DNA of 64,000 nt from Octopus sinensis (GCF_006345805.1 NC_043011.1:15326464-15390463); one strand, 5' to 3'. Positions 26,770 through 39,405 are shown, counted from the stretch's first letter. Made by a program: numbers and translations. Notes: generated from the sequence alone by a model not told the origin.

Positions 26770-28071
26770 TACTAAATATCGTAATGCTGTAAGTAATACT
26801 AGCTCGATTACATTAATGTTAGCAATATTGATTTCAAATTGTGGCACAAGGCCAGCAATTTCAGGTGAGGGGTAAGTCGATTACAATTTACTCGGTGTGC
26901 TAACGGTTCTGCCAGCTCGCCGCCTTAATAAATGCATAAATATTACAATGAGTGTCAGATTTGGTGATAGAAAATTTATATGCACTGATATTAGGTCTGT
27001 TTACTTATAATAAACAGAACATTTATCACAGTCGAATTTTGACTAACAAAAAATTGGAAATGCAAGGAAAAACGGATCATCATTTCCATAGTATTTAGTT
27101 ATTTGGTTGTAGTTTTTTATTATTTAAGAGTCCTTTAAAATAATAATTTTACCTCGATATTCACGTTTATTTCAATCAATTTCTTCATTTTTATCACGTT
27201 ATCTTCTTTTTCTGATGCAGCATACGATAGAGAAGCAATCTAGTCATAAATCTCCATATTCTCAAGATGCTCAAATGCATATCTAATGACTTTCTTGCAA
27301 TTCACAACGTTGATGTACACAGATGTATGTTGTTTCTCAAATATGTTTATTTGGTTCTTGTTTCATTCTTTATGATTTTGAGTTATATTGAAATCCCTGT
27401 TATCTTAGAAAATATTTCAGTTAATCATTATTTGAAATCCCAAAATAAGACTTCAAACCCGAACCTTTTGCACTTGTTTGTACACATAATTGCATAACAA
27501 AATAAGTTTGTTACATAAAATCAATGATTATTTATACAGCTACAGTTCATTACCAGTTGTTGGATCCACATCATTAAGGAACTCTAAAGTTACATGAAAT
27601 TTAAAGAAAGAAAAAAAAACATTAGTAAGCTATCTCCTTCAAATAACTACCTTACTTCAAAGAAGCTGTTTGAAATCTTTCATTTGTATCACATAAAAAT
27701 GCAAGACATCGATAGCTAGGTGGATTTGCTCTTAACGGTTTTTATAGATTTGACGCATATTTTCCAAACATCATACTGTTCTCTACTGTATGATTTGTAA
27801 TTTTGCCACAAGACGTTGTCTGTGCTATACACACTGCATATATGAGGAACTATTTTTCTTCAATAAAAACTAAAAATCTTCTATACCAACCATTCCTGAC
27901 ATGTACCTATTTTGATATATTTTTCATCTAAACACAAGAAAATCGTCTTGTCTTTCGAGAAAATTTAAGAATGTTGGCAAATTGAAATTTATCGACATAG
28001 AATTTTAAGGAAGACTACAGCAGCTTACTCAGAAAATAAACCTTCAAACTGTTATATCACTCTATCTATCT

Positions 28072-28590
28072 ATCCGCTCAGTCGAAGTCGCCTCTCGGTT
28101 ACTCGTTGGATCAGTGTCCTCCAGTCAGTTCTATCCTGGGCCGCTTCTTTCAGATTGGCTATGTCCATTCCGGTATCACTCTTGATGGTGTCAAGCCAGC
28201 GGGTTCTTGGTTGGCCTCTTCCTCTCTTGCCACTGACCATTCTGAGCATGATATCCTTCTCAGGGGAATTTTAGTTTTTATTGAAGAAAAATAGTTCCTC
28301 ATATATGCAGTGTGTATAGCACAGACAACATCTTGTGACAAAATTACAAATCATACAGATTGGCTATGTCCATTCCGGTATCACTCTTGATGGTGTCAAG
28401 CCAGCGGGTTCTTGCTCGGCCTCTTCCTCTCTTGCCACTGACCATTCCGAGCATGATATCCTTCTCAGGGGAATTTCTACGCATAATATGACCGAGATAT
28501 GCTAATCTATGCTTGGTGATCCTAGCTTCTAGCGACATTTTCGGACTGATCTGCTTAAGAACTCCTCCATTGGTGAGCCTCTCATACTAA
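28072..28590 (-). mobile_element. RTE-clade LINE 3' fragment, internally rearranged
   Basis: SLEARITKHRLAYLGHIMRRNSPEKDIMLGMVSGKRGRGRARTRWLD is the RTE ORF C-terminal signature; short (GATA)3 tail. Confidence 0.85.
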
Positions 28591-29149
28591 CACACGAAAA
28601 GTTTGCACTCTTGATGTACTGAAATTAATATTATCTTACCAATACATAGAGGTTGTACAATACTTTGGTATCTCATTAATACTTTGCCTTTCAGTGTTTT
28701 AACCTCTCATCAATATATTACTGCGCTGTATTTTTACTCAGAAATGTAACCGTATGAACCGGTTCAAAACCCGTTCCGTAACAGTTTCAGTGGTGCTCCT
28801 TACGAGTTGTATGGTTGTTTTGTATCTAATCGTATGCAACATCCATCTCTTTTTGCTGTGTTAAAGAATAAGAGGTATTGATTATTCCATTAGCGTCAGA
28901 ATGAGATGATGAATAAATTTGATACAGTTGTTTTCGTATCATGATGTATTTACTCAAGGTGGATTGCATTCGCAAATGACTTCTCACATATCAAACACAT
29001 TGATATTGTTACACATTAGTATTGATCGAAGCAACAAAACATAACTTGAAATATTCTTACGAATATTGAAGGCATTTTTCTTCTTATCATCGAGGACAGA
29101 CATGCCGTGTAATGTATGAACTATAATATAGTAAATCTCTTTTGTTATT

Positions 29150-30020
29150 GGTTTGATCTGAGGGAAGGGTCTTTGAACATGATTTCAGCAGGTTCTCCGA
29201 TACCGAGGGAATTCATACTCTTGTTTTGTCACTTGAAGAGGAAAAAACGTGCACAACGGTATTTCTAAAGTACTGGTGTTTTGAGTACCGAGTGGTTGTG
29301 CAGAGACAAGAGGAATGGACACAATATGGATGACGAGGAAAGGACGATGAGTGAAAGAAAAGAGATTGAGCGGAGGCGAAATGAGACTAGCCAGTACCTA
29401 ATTGAGGTAGCGGTGGAAAAGGCAGAGAAAGGAGACATGTTTATTAGCCATTGATTGGAATATATTCGTGAATGACTTCATGCAAGTGTGCTGTGGAGCC
29501 GTTTATTAGATGTTTTGTATGTCTATAATGGAGCACAACTGTCTCTTGACTAGGAGCTGTACTCAGTTGTCGAACGTTAGTTGTTGATGGTATCTTACGT
29601 ATGTTTTGGTTCAGAATATATTTTGTGAGTTTTGAGTTGCCTCAGAAGATGAGGTTGTGTGTGCTCCGGGAGAAATCCTTGGAATTTGAAATATTGTGAA
29701 GGCTGTAGTTGCGAACGATTTATATTTAGAGGAGAGGTGAGTTAATATCCTCTTGGCGTTAGCAATGAATACCTCTTTCCAGTGTTGAAAGAGGCAAGAT
29801 TAGCATTATGTCATTGAGAGAGGCTTTGTGATCTCGATTCATGAAAGATTCAGTACAGAATTAGCAGGAGGCGTCTTGGTTGCATTTAAAGGATGCTTGG
29901 GTATAGAAGGCCACGGATGAATGAAACTGGCAGCATTTAGATAGGAGTGGTTGTCGTTGCACTTGTCACTGTGGGATAAAATCGAGCCTTTGTGCACGAC
30001 AGAGTTGGTATGCTGTGGTG
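29150..30020 (-). mobile_element. Decayed CR1/L2-group LINE 3' region
   Basis: Frameshifted post-RT region with a C/T-rich sense strand and FHRY-like motif; degenerate. Confidence 0.5.
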
Positions 30021-30695
30021 CAGAGAGGGAGAGAGAGAGAGAGAGAGGAAGGAGAGAGAAGGTTAGGAGAGAGAGATGGGGGCATACCACAATATTGAGA
30101 TCAGAGAGAAAGTTACTGATCCAAACGGCGGATGGAACCCATAAGAGGTCTCCGTAGCTGCCCTCGATCAATGTACGAATCGTTAATTTATAGGAAGAAA
30201 TAAGAGCTGATGTCATTATCAAATCATAAAAAAAATACGCAATTTCAAATGCATTCAGATGCATTTCAAAACAATGAATATCTGTGGAACGGTGGATGAA
30301 GAATTCACAGATGATACGGAACCCATAATTACGGATAGCGATGTGGAGGAGGCAGCCGTATTATGATATTCATTCTGATAATTTAGCAGAGATATTCAGT
30401 AATCAAGATGATGAATAGTATGATTTTGTTGGATTTTAATGACATTTTGCGTGTAAAATATTTACAAGTCACTACTATTCGGTTATAATTTAAAGCAACG
30501 TCAAATTTCTACTTCAGTTTTATATGGATAAATAAAGATTATTTATTAACTTTATTCACTGTACTTATGTATGTATGTATGTATGTATGTCAAGCGATGT
30601 TGGGAGGACAAACACAAACACACACATACATACATATACACAATCGTCTTCTATGAGTTATACGTTCTTGTCCATGTTGTATTTTTCTACATACC

Positions 30696-30738
<43 letters not shown>

Positions 30739-30744
30739 TATATA

Positions 30745-31914
30745 TCTTATTATAAAAGGCAGATTTTATCTGCCTCCCTTTGTAAGTTATAGAAATCTAC
30801 AATATAGGATTTCTTCAATTACAATTTACCTAGCATTTTTAAGAGTAGAATGCATCGGGTCATGCCAGGTCCAGTTTTTAAAATTTAAACTCCAATTTAG
30901 CAAAATTTACAGAAAACTCACATTCTGGTGTGTATGTCAAATGCTTTTCTTAGTCTGGTTTACAGCACACGCAAACGCACACACTCAGTGTGCAACGAAT
31001 AAAGTGAAACTAGATGTAATATTTGTTTCTGTCTATCACGCTGATAGATACATGAGTAAAATGTATGGGAAGCTAACAGATAAGAGTGAGTGAAAATGTT
31101 CTTGGAAGAGAGTAAATTAGCGACAGAGTGATTTGAGGAAGACTAAACTCAAAGTATGAAACAGTGTTTATGTATAAACAGACGACACTTATATAAACCC
31201 TTTCGTTACCAAACCGCCCGAATTTACCTATTCATACTTAAATGAGAATATCATAGTAAATCTCTTTAGTACATTCGTGAAAACACGTATTATACTTCGT
31301 AAACACTTCAAATACAGTTTTGTACAATCGAAGTGTAATTTTAATTCCGTGAATTATGGGAGACTTTTTTCCGAAATTTGTTCCTATTGTGTTTTCAAAA
31401 TTTGTAATTCTGACAAAAAATGGATACGAATTTCATTATATCAAGCAGCGAGTCAGAATTCGAAGGATTTTCTACTGAAGACCTTCATAAATCTAACTCT
31501 ATGACTGAAAAAAAAGCATCTTTATATAAGAGTGAAGTTGTGTGTCTGTCCCCTTCGATTTAGATTCGTAACTACTCCCACATTTTGCGGTGCAGTTTAA
31601 CCAAAAGCTGGTATCTTATAGTCGTGATTCATATCGAGCCCTTCTGGGTATTAGCACGCGTCTACGATGAGTCTACGATTTAAAAAAAAATTTACCATCA
31701 TATTTTTCCATTTTAATGCATTTTTTTCGCTTTTATATAAGGGAAGTAACTCTCTAAAAGTATCTACGATGTGTCAACGATTTTTTAAAAAAAATTACCT
31801 TAATTTTTTTTCAATCTTTAATGCATTTTTTGCTATTTTTTGGCTATAACTCTCTAAAAATGCTTATATAGTTATTTCCCTTACAACCCGAGCAACGCCG
31901 GGCGATACTGCTAG
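30745..31914 (+). mobile_element. Non-autonomous Helitron (composite)
   Basis: A|TC 5' end, 3' hairpin CCCGAGCAACGCCGGG (31887-31902), CTAG|T end, no TSD; second TC-type start at 31519. Confidence 0.85.
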
Positions 31915-32023
31915 TATATATATATAACGGGAAGGTTTACGAAAATAAACAAAAGACGAAGGCAGGTGGAGTACAAACAAATAATTGTATTAGTATGGCG
32001 CTCAGGAATAGAAATAAAACAAC

Positions 32024-32061
32024 TCTTCTACGTTTCGAGCCTACGCTCTTCGACAGAAAGA
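32024..32061 (-). ncRNA. Hammerhead-like motif with CUGUCGA core
   Basis: Minus strand: UCUUU-CUGUCGA-A-GAGC(GUAG)GCUC-GAAAC-GUA-GAAGA, inside a dispersed repeat (about 31926-32150) homologous to 8481-8660. Confidence 0.6.
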
Positions 32062-32654
32062 TACACAGAAAAGAAACAAGGAGTGAAACAAGGAGAGAAA
32101 CAAGGAGAGAAAAAAATGCGTTTAGGAGCTAATGGTCCAACATGGCGTTCTGATTTCAGGCAGAAGTCAGAGATCAGAGGTCAGACGTTAGACGCTAGAG
32201 GGATAGTAGGGGAGATAACAGGGTCAAGTGGTTTCGCACCAACATAAAGGTGCGTGTGTGTATAAGAGAGTATGTATGTGTGAAAGAGGGCTGGTGGTTT
32301 GAACGTGTGTATGTATGTGTGGATGTGGAGATATGGGGATGGTGTGTGGGTGGTGTGTTGTGATTTGATATATGTATGTATGTGTAGGTGTAAAGATGTG
32401 GGGACGGGTATATGGGCGGTGTGCTGTGGGTGGTGTGTTGTGATGTGATGTGTAATGTGGGCGGTGTGCTGTGGGTGATGTGTTGTGATGAGTTGTGTAA
32501 CGTTGTATGGTGTAGTGTAGTGTGGTGTGATGTTGTGGGGAGGTGGGGGGCCAGAGTGGAGAAAGCCCATGTGGGGTGTGGGTTCCGCTGGTGGTTGGGG
32601 TAGAGTGGGGGTTGTGGGGAGAGTGAGAGGGGGAGAGGAGAAGGAGGGGAGAGG

Positions 32655-32812
32655 GACGGGCTTCTTTCAGTTTCCGTCCACCAAATCCACTCACAAGTCT
32701 TTGGTCGGCCCGAGGCTATAGTAGAAGACACTTGCCCAAGGTGCCACGCAGTGATAGTGAACCCGGAACCATGTGGTTGGTAAACAAGCTACTTACCACA
32801 CAGCCACTCGTG
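32655..32812 (-). mobile_element. OR-like SINE 5' half
   Basis: Head + CORE segment, followed on the minus strand by a long degenerate (CAC/ACA) tract. Confidence 0.75.
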
Positions 32813-32924
32813 CTTCTTTATTCATTTAATTTATTTCATGTACTATTAGTGATATATTACTTTCGATTACACTATGAATTACAACCTCATCGAAGTGTTT
32901 TCCACAAGAGCACAACGAACCGTC

Positions 32925-32997
32925 CATTCCGGGAATCGAACCCAGGATCTTGTGATCATGAGTGTAACTCCATAACCACTAGACCGACCTGTGCCCA
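32925..32997 (-). mobile_element. tRNA-like SINE head
   Basis: GGTCTAGTGG and GGTTCGATTCC boxes; no intact cloverleaf. Confidence 0.55.
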
Positions 32998-34139
32998 CAC
33001 CATCACAAAGGATAGAACAATTCTACTACTCTTACAGAAATTTAAAATCTAACACGACTAAAGCAACAGGAGTGGCGCTACCACCATGACCTCCATCGAC
33101 GACAACTACAATAACCATAAACACCGCCAGCAATTTAACTCATTATATCATACTACAATAGATATGCTACGAACTATCCAACTGGGAGTGAACCGTCAAA
33201 GGTCAGCTTGTATATTACATAAAGCATACATACATGCATACATACGTACATACATCATACACACAACGCACACGCTTACTCATACACACATACACCCTCT
33301 TGAATACGTTAGCACGAGTTTATCTAAACAAGACTTGTAGGCCTGATTGCGTGTCTATGTACTTGTGCGTACGCGTGTGTGTTTGTGTGTGTGTGTATGT
33401 GTATATGTGTGTGTATGTGTGTGTGTGTGTGAGGGATACGTCGAAAACAAAACGTTGTATAATCTAAAAGTAGGCGTGCATGAATGTCGGTCAGATGTGT
33501 ATATATTTGTATGAACATACACTGCAAATATAAGTTTATAAATGTATAGTGTGAAGAATATAATTATAACTCTCTATGCATCACATGTGTTGCAGTCTGT
33601 GAATATCAAATTATATAATTGAATAGAAACCCTTTCTCAATAAGACGCGTTGTACGTCTAATGCCTATATATAATATACATATATATGTGTATGTATTTC
33701 TGTGTATTGTGCGTAAATGTTTTATATTGTCTCTTTCTCTCTCTCTTTTGTGTGTGTATATATATATATATATATAAATATGTGAGTGTGTGTGTGTATG
33801 TGTGTGTATATATGTGCATTTGTGTGTATGTGTGTGTGTCTGTTTTTATGTATGTATAAATATATTTATGTGTGTAAATTATTTATAATATCGATGTAGG
33901 TGTGTTTTTAGAAATATACAAATAGTTGGTCGAAGGTAAGTAGGACAGCGGATTTTGTAGAAGATTTAACAGTGTGACACTTGTGTGTCTATGTGCGTGT
34001 ATGAGCACTCTATAAAAAACGTAACTATATATGGATAGCACTTCATTTTCTCCTCTGAATGAATATATGTGATGCACAGGTACAAATTTCGCATTTGTAT
34101 ATTATCATGTTCGCATTCTAACAGTTGGCTGCAGTAATT

Positions 34140-34450
34140 GGATCTTTTCGGTTTGAACGGCAGTGTTTAACATAATTTCTAGGTAACTAAAAATGCATTC
34201 TGTGCCGTATGAATATGCCCCTTGATTAAGAAACAGATTGGGTTTATTTACATTTGTGGAGAAAAAAAAGATACCCTTCCTCCACCCCTACCCCTAACTC
34301 TAACCCTAACCCTAACCCTAACTAACACTAACTAACCCTAACCCTAAAAGAGATTGAAATGCAATAGATCGATTCTAGGGTCATAATTATGGGTGACAAT
34401 TTCATATGACATCGCTAGAAAAAAAACTGCCGTTCACACCGAAAAGATCC
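34140..34450. mobile_element. TIR MITE with internal (TAACCC)n, copy 1
   Basis: TIRs GGATCTTTTCGGTTTGAACGGCAG / CTGCCGTTCACACCGAAAAGATCC; (CCCTAA)n at about 34290-34346. Confidence 0.8.
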
Positions 34451-34811
34451 CTGTAATTTAATCACGATAATCTATACCAGATATTTTCTGCTTATTTAGA
34501 CAAAGGTTTCAGCATCCGTTGGCAAGGTATTATTATCATATGAGCTCAATTTCTGCTATAATGAAATTCTGAGTTCGATCTCAACATGCCGTCAGTTGTA
34601 TCAGTGTTTTCTACCAGATTCAACATGTCTTCCGAAAGGAATTGGATTTCATATTAGTTTTTCCTGACGAGTATTTTAAGAGCACATGTGTCATTGGATT
34701 ACTTAACCACTAACACTAAAATCGTTTGAGTATTTCGTTCCGGCCAAGGAACGCATGAATTAATCATCATCTTTAAATGGATCTATCTATCTATATTTAT
34801 CTATCTATCTT

Positions 34812-34880
<69 letters not shown>

Positions 34881-34882
<2 letters not shown>

Positions 34883-36199
34883 GGGCATGACGTGGTTGAT
34901 GATGCGCAGACAAGCGCTGAGACTGCGACATCTCAAGCTCTTCGTAGACGACGGTGAACAGGTGCGGTCGCCGTTTGTGAGGCACGCTTTCCCGCAGCTC
35001 GTCTCCATGACCGAACTGCAGTCTTGGATCAAAAAGAGGTTGAGGAAGGGCGAGTGTCACGTGGCTCTCAAGCAACTCTGCCGTCCTGGGTCGACCTTGA
35101 GTGACTTCATCACAACTAAAGCATTCTATAGGGGATTAGTGGAGGGGAGGTACGACGACGAGCTCGGGGCGAACCTGGACGTCGTCGAGGAGTACCTGAC
35201 CCGCCTGTTCGGGACGACTTTCGGCACAGGGCCCATGGACAACTTCCAGAGATCCCTGGCCTGGCAGTGCTACCGAGAAGCGCTACCCGTTCGGGATAAG
35301 CTCTACAGACACGGCTCGAGAAACACGGGGCCGACCTGCCAGAGATGCGGCCTGAGCGACGAAACCGTTTTGCACGCACTCGTGCAGTGTCCAACAATTT
35401 CCGACCTGTGGGCTTATGTCGAACAACTGCTGTCACGAGTGGGACGAGTCGGTTTATCAGCTGAGTCTATCGTCAATATTGTCACTCCTCCTTCCTTCAA
35501 ACGGGAAGGAAGAGCTAGTTTCATAATTCTTATGGCTATGGCGAAAGAATGTATCTGGTGGACGCGTCTGAAAGGATTGGAGACAAACACTTTCCTCTCT
35601 GGTCAATCTCTCATCAACTTCTTCAAGTACCACTTGAAAAGGAAAGTGAGAGTAGAGAGGCAAGTTGTGTCTAACGAATGTTTTAAAAAAGATGGATGAA
35701 TGTAGCAAGGATAGCACGTATGAATGACGAAGCCACCTTGAGCATAATCCTATGAACCCAAAAATTGAAAACAGAGGGTTACCCACTTGCAAACAAATGT
35801 GGTAACATATAACAATATTGACCAAGGTTACCGTGATCTTTTTCGTAGGCTTTTCTTCCCACGGATAAACCTTACTTGCTTTTCCCTTTACACCATACAT
35901 CATAACACTGTGATACACGATCCCTATTGATCGTTTTTGTTTTTTTTCCCCTTCCCATTTCCCCCCCCCCTTTTTTCTTCTTTTTTTCATTTCTCTTTTC
36001 TTTTGTTCCTTTTCCTTTTTTTCTTTTTTTCTTTTTTGTTCTTTTTTTCTCTTTTACGGTCCCTTTTGATCGAAAACCTACGCCAACTTTTTTTGTTTCT
36101 TTTGTTTTTTGTTTCTTGTTTTTTTCATCCCCCAAAAGAAAAGCTCTACCTTATAACTTGTCCCATCTGTGTGCAGCCCTGTGTGGCCAATAAAGAAAC

Positions 36200-36200
<1 letters not shown>
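34881..36200 (+). mobile_element. 5'-truncated Tx1 copy 3 (same subfamily as copy 2)
   Basis: Nearly identical to 56129-57515 apart from a 12-bp deletion and a 1-bp deletion near the ORF end; AATAAA at 36189-36194; (CTAT)n on both sides. Confidence 0.95.
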
Positions 36201-36277
<77 letters not shown>

Positions 36278-36281
36278 GTCA

Positions 36282-36354
<73 letters not shown>

Positions 36355-36565
36355 ACTATCCATCTATCTATCTGTCTGCCTGTCTGTCTATTTATCTATC
36401 TATATATCTATCTATCTATATATTTATCTATTTATCTATCTATCTATCTATCTATCTTTCTATCTATTTATCTATCTATCTATCTATCAATCTATCTAAC
36501 TAACTAACTATCTATCTATCCATCCATCCATCCATCCGTCTATCTGTCTGTCTATCAATCTATCA
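36201..36565 (+). repeat. (TATC)n microsatellite, 3' flank of Tx1 copy 3
   Basis: Direct reading; the 5' flank (TATC)n is at about 34783-34880. Confidence 0.95.
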
Positions 36566-36590
36566 CTCAATTATTATTATTATTATTATT

Positions 36591-37135
36591 GAGTGAGAGA
36601 GCAGTGCATGCCATCAAAGTGACACTGGGGTAAAATATACGAAGCCCAATATACCCATCATGACTACCCGTCTGATAAAGGTACACCAGGCACATGCATC
36701 ACAACCATATGTGCGCGACATTGTGATCTCATATCAAGATAAACAGCACACGACCTTGCAGGTGGGGCCCAGTTAGAATTATCTTCAGGCTGAGTAGCCC
36801 ATCCCACTCAAAAGGTCCCTGAATAAGGGTTGTTTAAGGATGTTGAAAGAACCACCCATGTTTCCAGAGGTGAATTATTCAAACCCCAAAGAATCCCTCT
36901 CAACACATGGCACATATCGTCACACATATCGTCAGCCACTAAGGAACATGCTCAACTGGTTAAGGTCAAACAACTGACAAGCAAATCTGTGGTATTGAGC
37001 AGAATATTTGCTGTAGCCCATCTTTTATACCAAGACAAAACAATGTACATGATAACACTTCCAATCAGTTAAGATCAGAAGCCATGAGAGCCACTGCCTG
37101 GTACTGCATCAGGGCATTTAGTACTGCATCAGGGC

Positions 37136-37136
<1 letters not shown>
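36591..37136. mobile_element. Unclassified about 550-bp non-coding interspersed element, copy 1, flanked by (ATT)n
   Basis: Aligns end to end with 38564-39090; 20-bp terminal duplication at 37101-37140. Confidence 0.75.
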
Positions 37137-37210
<74 letters not shown>

Positions 37211-38406
37211 CATTATTTCCTCTTTACCACAGGTTTTGTTGGAGCTCCTACAGTCTTGTATGCGTAGCGGGCTTACTACCTGCAACCTGCGGTACCATGT
37301 CATTCGTTCTTTTCAGTTATCTAACACTTTCCTGATTATTCTGGCCGAGGCAAAAGAAGCAAATCTTTTCTAACAGTTCTACTGGGCACTCTATTCTAAT
37401 TTTCTTTATATTCCGCTTGATGCCTTCTGATACTGTTCCCAAGGACGTAGCAATAATTGGCACTCTCTTCACCTTCATTTTCTATTACCGGACTATTTCA
37501 TACTTAAGGGGGTTGTAACTATCGAACTCTTCGCCTTCTTTCCTGACTATTCGTGGGTCAAAGCGGCGTGAAACATCAGCTATATAGCATATGTAGTGCG
37601 CCTTGTCCACCACCACAAGGTCCGGTTTGTTATGCTCTAGCACATGATCTATTTGGATTGAGATATCCCACAGGATTCTGCTAGTGTCCGACTCCGCCAC
37701 TCTCTGCAGTTTGTGTTCATACCTAGTCCTGTTTCTCTCTAATCCCCACTTCTCGCACAGTTTCCAGTGTAGCAGTTTCCCTATCTGGTCCTGTCGCCAC
37801 AGCTTATAGTGGTTTGGGGCAAGTCTAGGGCTTTCGTTGGTGATATCGGCAATGGTTTCATCCACTCTATTACGGATGACGCACAGTGGAAACACTTGAT
37901 CATTCCTAAGGTTGGTCCTCCAGTTTGTGGCCACAGCTTGGTCCGGCGCTGGCAGTATAGTCTCTCGGACTCTTTCTTAAGTGCTCCTTTCTTTAGCTGA
38001 TCCCACCAATTTTTCCAGCAACTTCTGCTGTGGCTACATGGAATTTATTGTGTTGTCCCTTCTTGCGTAATTCTTCTAAATGTCCTCTTTGTACTTCTTC
38101 CTTTACTTTCCTTTTTTATTCTGCTCTCGAGTCTCCCTCGTTCCTAACTGTCATTAACAAGGTTTCCTTACTTTGGGTTAGTTATCTCATTAAACTCTCG
38201 AGTTCGATACGCACGCAGTCTTCCACACTTATCAGTCCTCTTCTTCCATTTGCGTTTTTCGTGTATTGGCTATCACTGTCTGCACGTGGATGATGGGCTC
38301 CATGTATTATTAGGGGCTTTCTTGCCCATCACCTTTAGCTCCTCTTCTGGTGACTTCAGGATTCCATAGCATTCAGCTTTGAAGTCAATATTTTTGAAGT
38401 CAGTAT
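37211..38406 (-). mobile_element. 5'-truncated R4/Dong-like RLE non-LTR retrotransposon
   Basis: DETIADI...KLLHWKLCEKW...ILWDISIQIDHVLEHNKPDLVVVDK...ADVSRRFDPRIVRKEGE (CCHC relic + PD-D/ExK restriction-like endonuclease). 3' end runs into (TAA)n at 37138-37210. Confidence 0.85.
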
Positions 38407-38550
38407 TCTTCTTCTTCTTCTTCTTCTTCTTCTTCTTCTTCTTCTTCTTCTTCTTCTTCTTCTTCTTCTTCTTCTTCTTCTTCTTCTTCTTCTTCTTCTT
38501 CTTCTTCTTCTTCTTCTTCTTTCTCTTCTTCTTCTGCTGCTGCTGCTTCT
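38407..38550. repeat. (CTT)n/(CTG)n microsatellite
   Basis: Direct reading; sits at the 5' truncation point of the Dong-like copy. Confidence 0.95.
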
Positions 38551-38563
38551 TGTTTTTATTGTT

Positions 38564-39090
38564 GAATGAGAGAGAGCAGTGCATGCTATCAAAGTGACAC
38601 TGGGTTAAAATATACGAAGCCCAGTATATCAATGACTACACGTCTGATAAGGGTACACCAGGCACATGCCTCACAACCATATGTGCTCACCATGATGATC
38701 TCATATCAAGATATACAGTGCATGACTTTGCAAGCGGGGCCCAGTTAAATTTTTCAAAAGGCCCCTGAATAAGATTTGTTTAAGGATGACGAACGAAACA
38801 CTCATGTTTCCAAAGGTGAATTATTCAAACCCCAAAGAATCCCCATCAATGCATTGCTATGATGTTCCACTTCTACTTCTGTTCGTGGTCAGAGATGCAC
38901 ATATTGTCAGCCACTAAGGGACATGCTCAACTGTTTAAGGTAACGTAACTGACAATCAATTCTGTGGTATTGACCAGAATATTTGCTGTAGCCATCTTTT
39001 ATACTAAGACAAAACAATGTACATGACAACACTTCCAATCAGATAAGATAAGAAGTAATGAGAGCTACTGCCTGGTATTGCAAAAGGGCA
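38564..39090. mobile_element. Unclassified about 550-bp element, copy 2, flanked by triplet microsatellites
   Basis: Homologous to 36591-37136 with different internal deletions, so an independent insertion or long-diverged copy. Confidence 0.75.
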
Positions 39091-39101
39091 TTTATCATCA
39101 T

Positions 39102-39133
<32 letters not shown>

Positions 39134-39146
39134 TGATCATCATTAT

Positions 39147-39197
<51 letters not shown>

Positions 39198-39209
39198 CAC
39201 TACTACTAC

Positions 39210-39248
<39 letters not shown>

Positions 39249-39249
39249 C

Positions 39250-39405
39250 ATTTTATGTTTGACTTTTGCTTTACATTTGCACAAGCTGGCTCCAAGCCTC
39301 ACCCAGAGACCTCAAGAGACAACAAGTTGGAAGTTCATGTTGGTGTTATGCCTAGGGTGCCATATATTTGGTTTTGTACTTAGTGTTGTACTAGTGAATG
39401 CCTAA
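39250..39405 (-). mobile_element. Probable 3' end of a second RLE-type LINE ending in (TAA)n
   Basis: Unique 150-bp segment ending ...CAAACATAAAATGA(TAA)n on the minus strand, in the same orientation and context as the Dong-like copy; no diagnostic protein motif. Confidence 0.35.

Noticed and set aside
26528-26928. Inverted repeat GGCGGCGAGCTGGCAGAA at 26533 and about 26910
   Set aside because: Explained by two OK-like SINE heads in opposite orientation.
28945-29010. Minus-strand CLICEKSFANAIHLE*IHH, C2H2-like
   Set aside because: Single unit, internal stop, wrong His spacing, no linker or neighbouring fingers.
34290-34346. True telomere or chromosome fusion site
   Set aside because: Only a few TAACCC units, internal to a dispersed MITE present twice.
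37060-37136. HDV-like ribozyme at the end of the 550-bp element
   Set aside because: Could not fit P1/P3/P1.1 pairings by eye; needs a model-based search.
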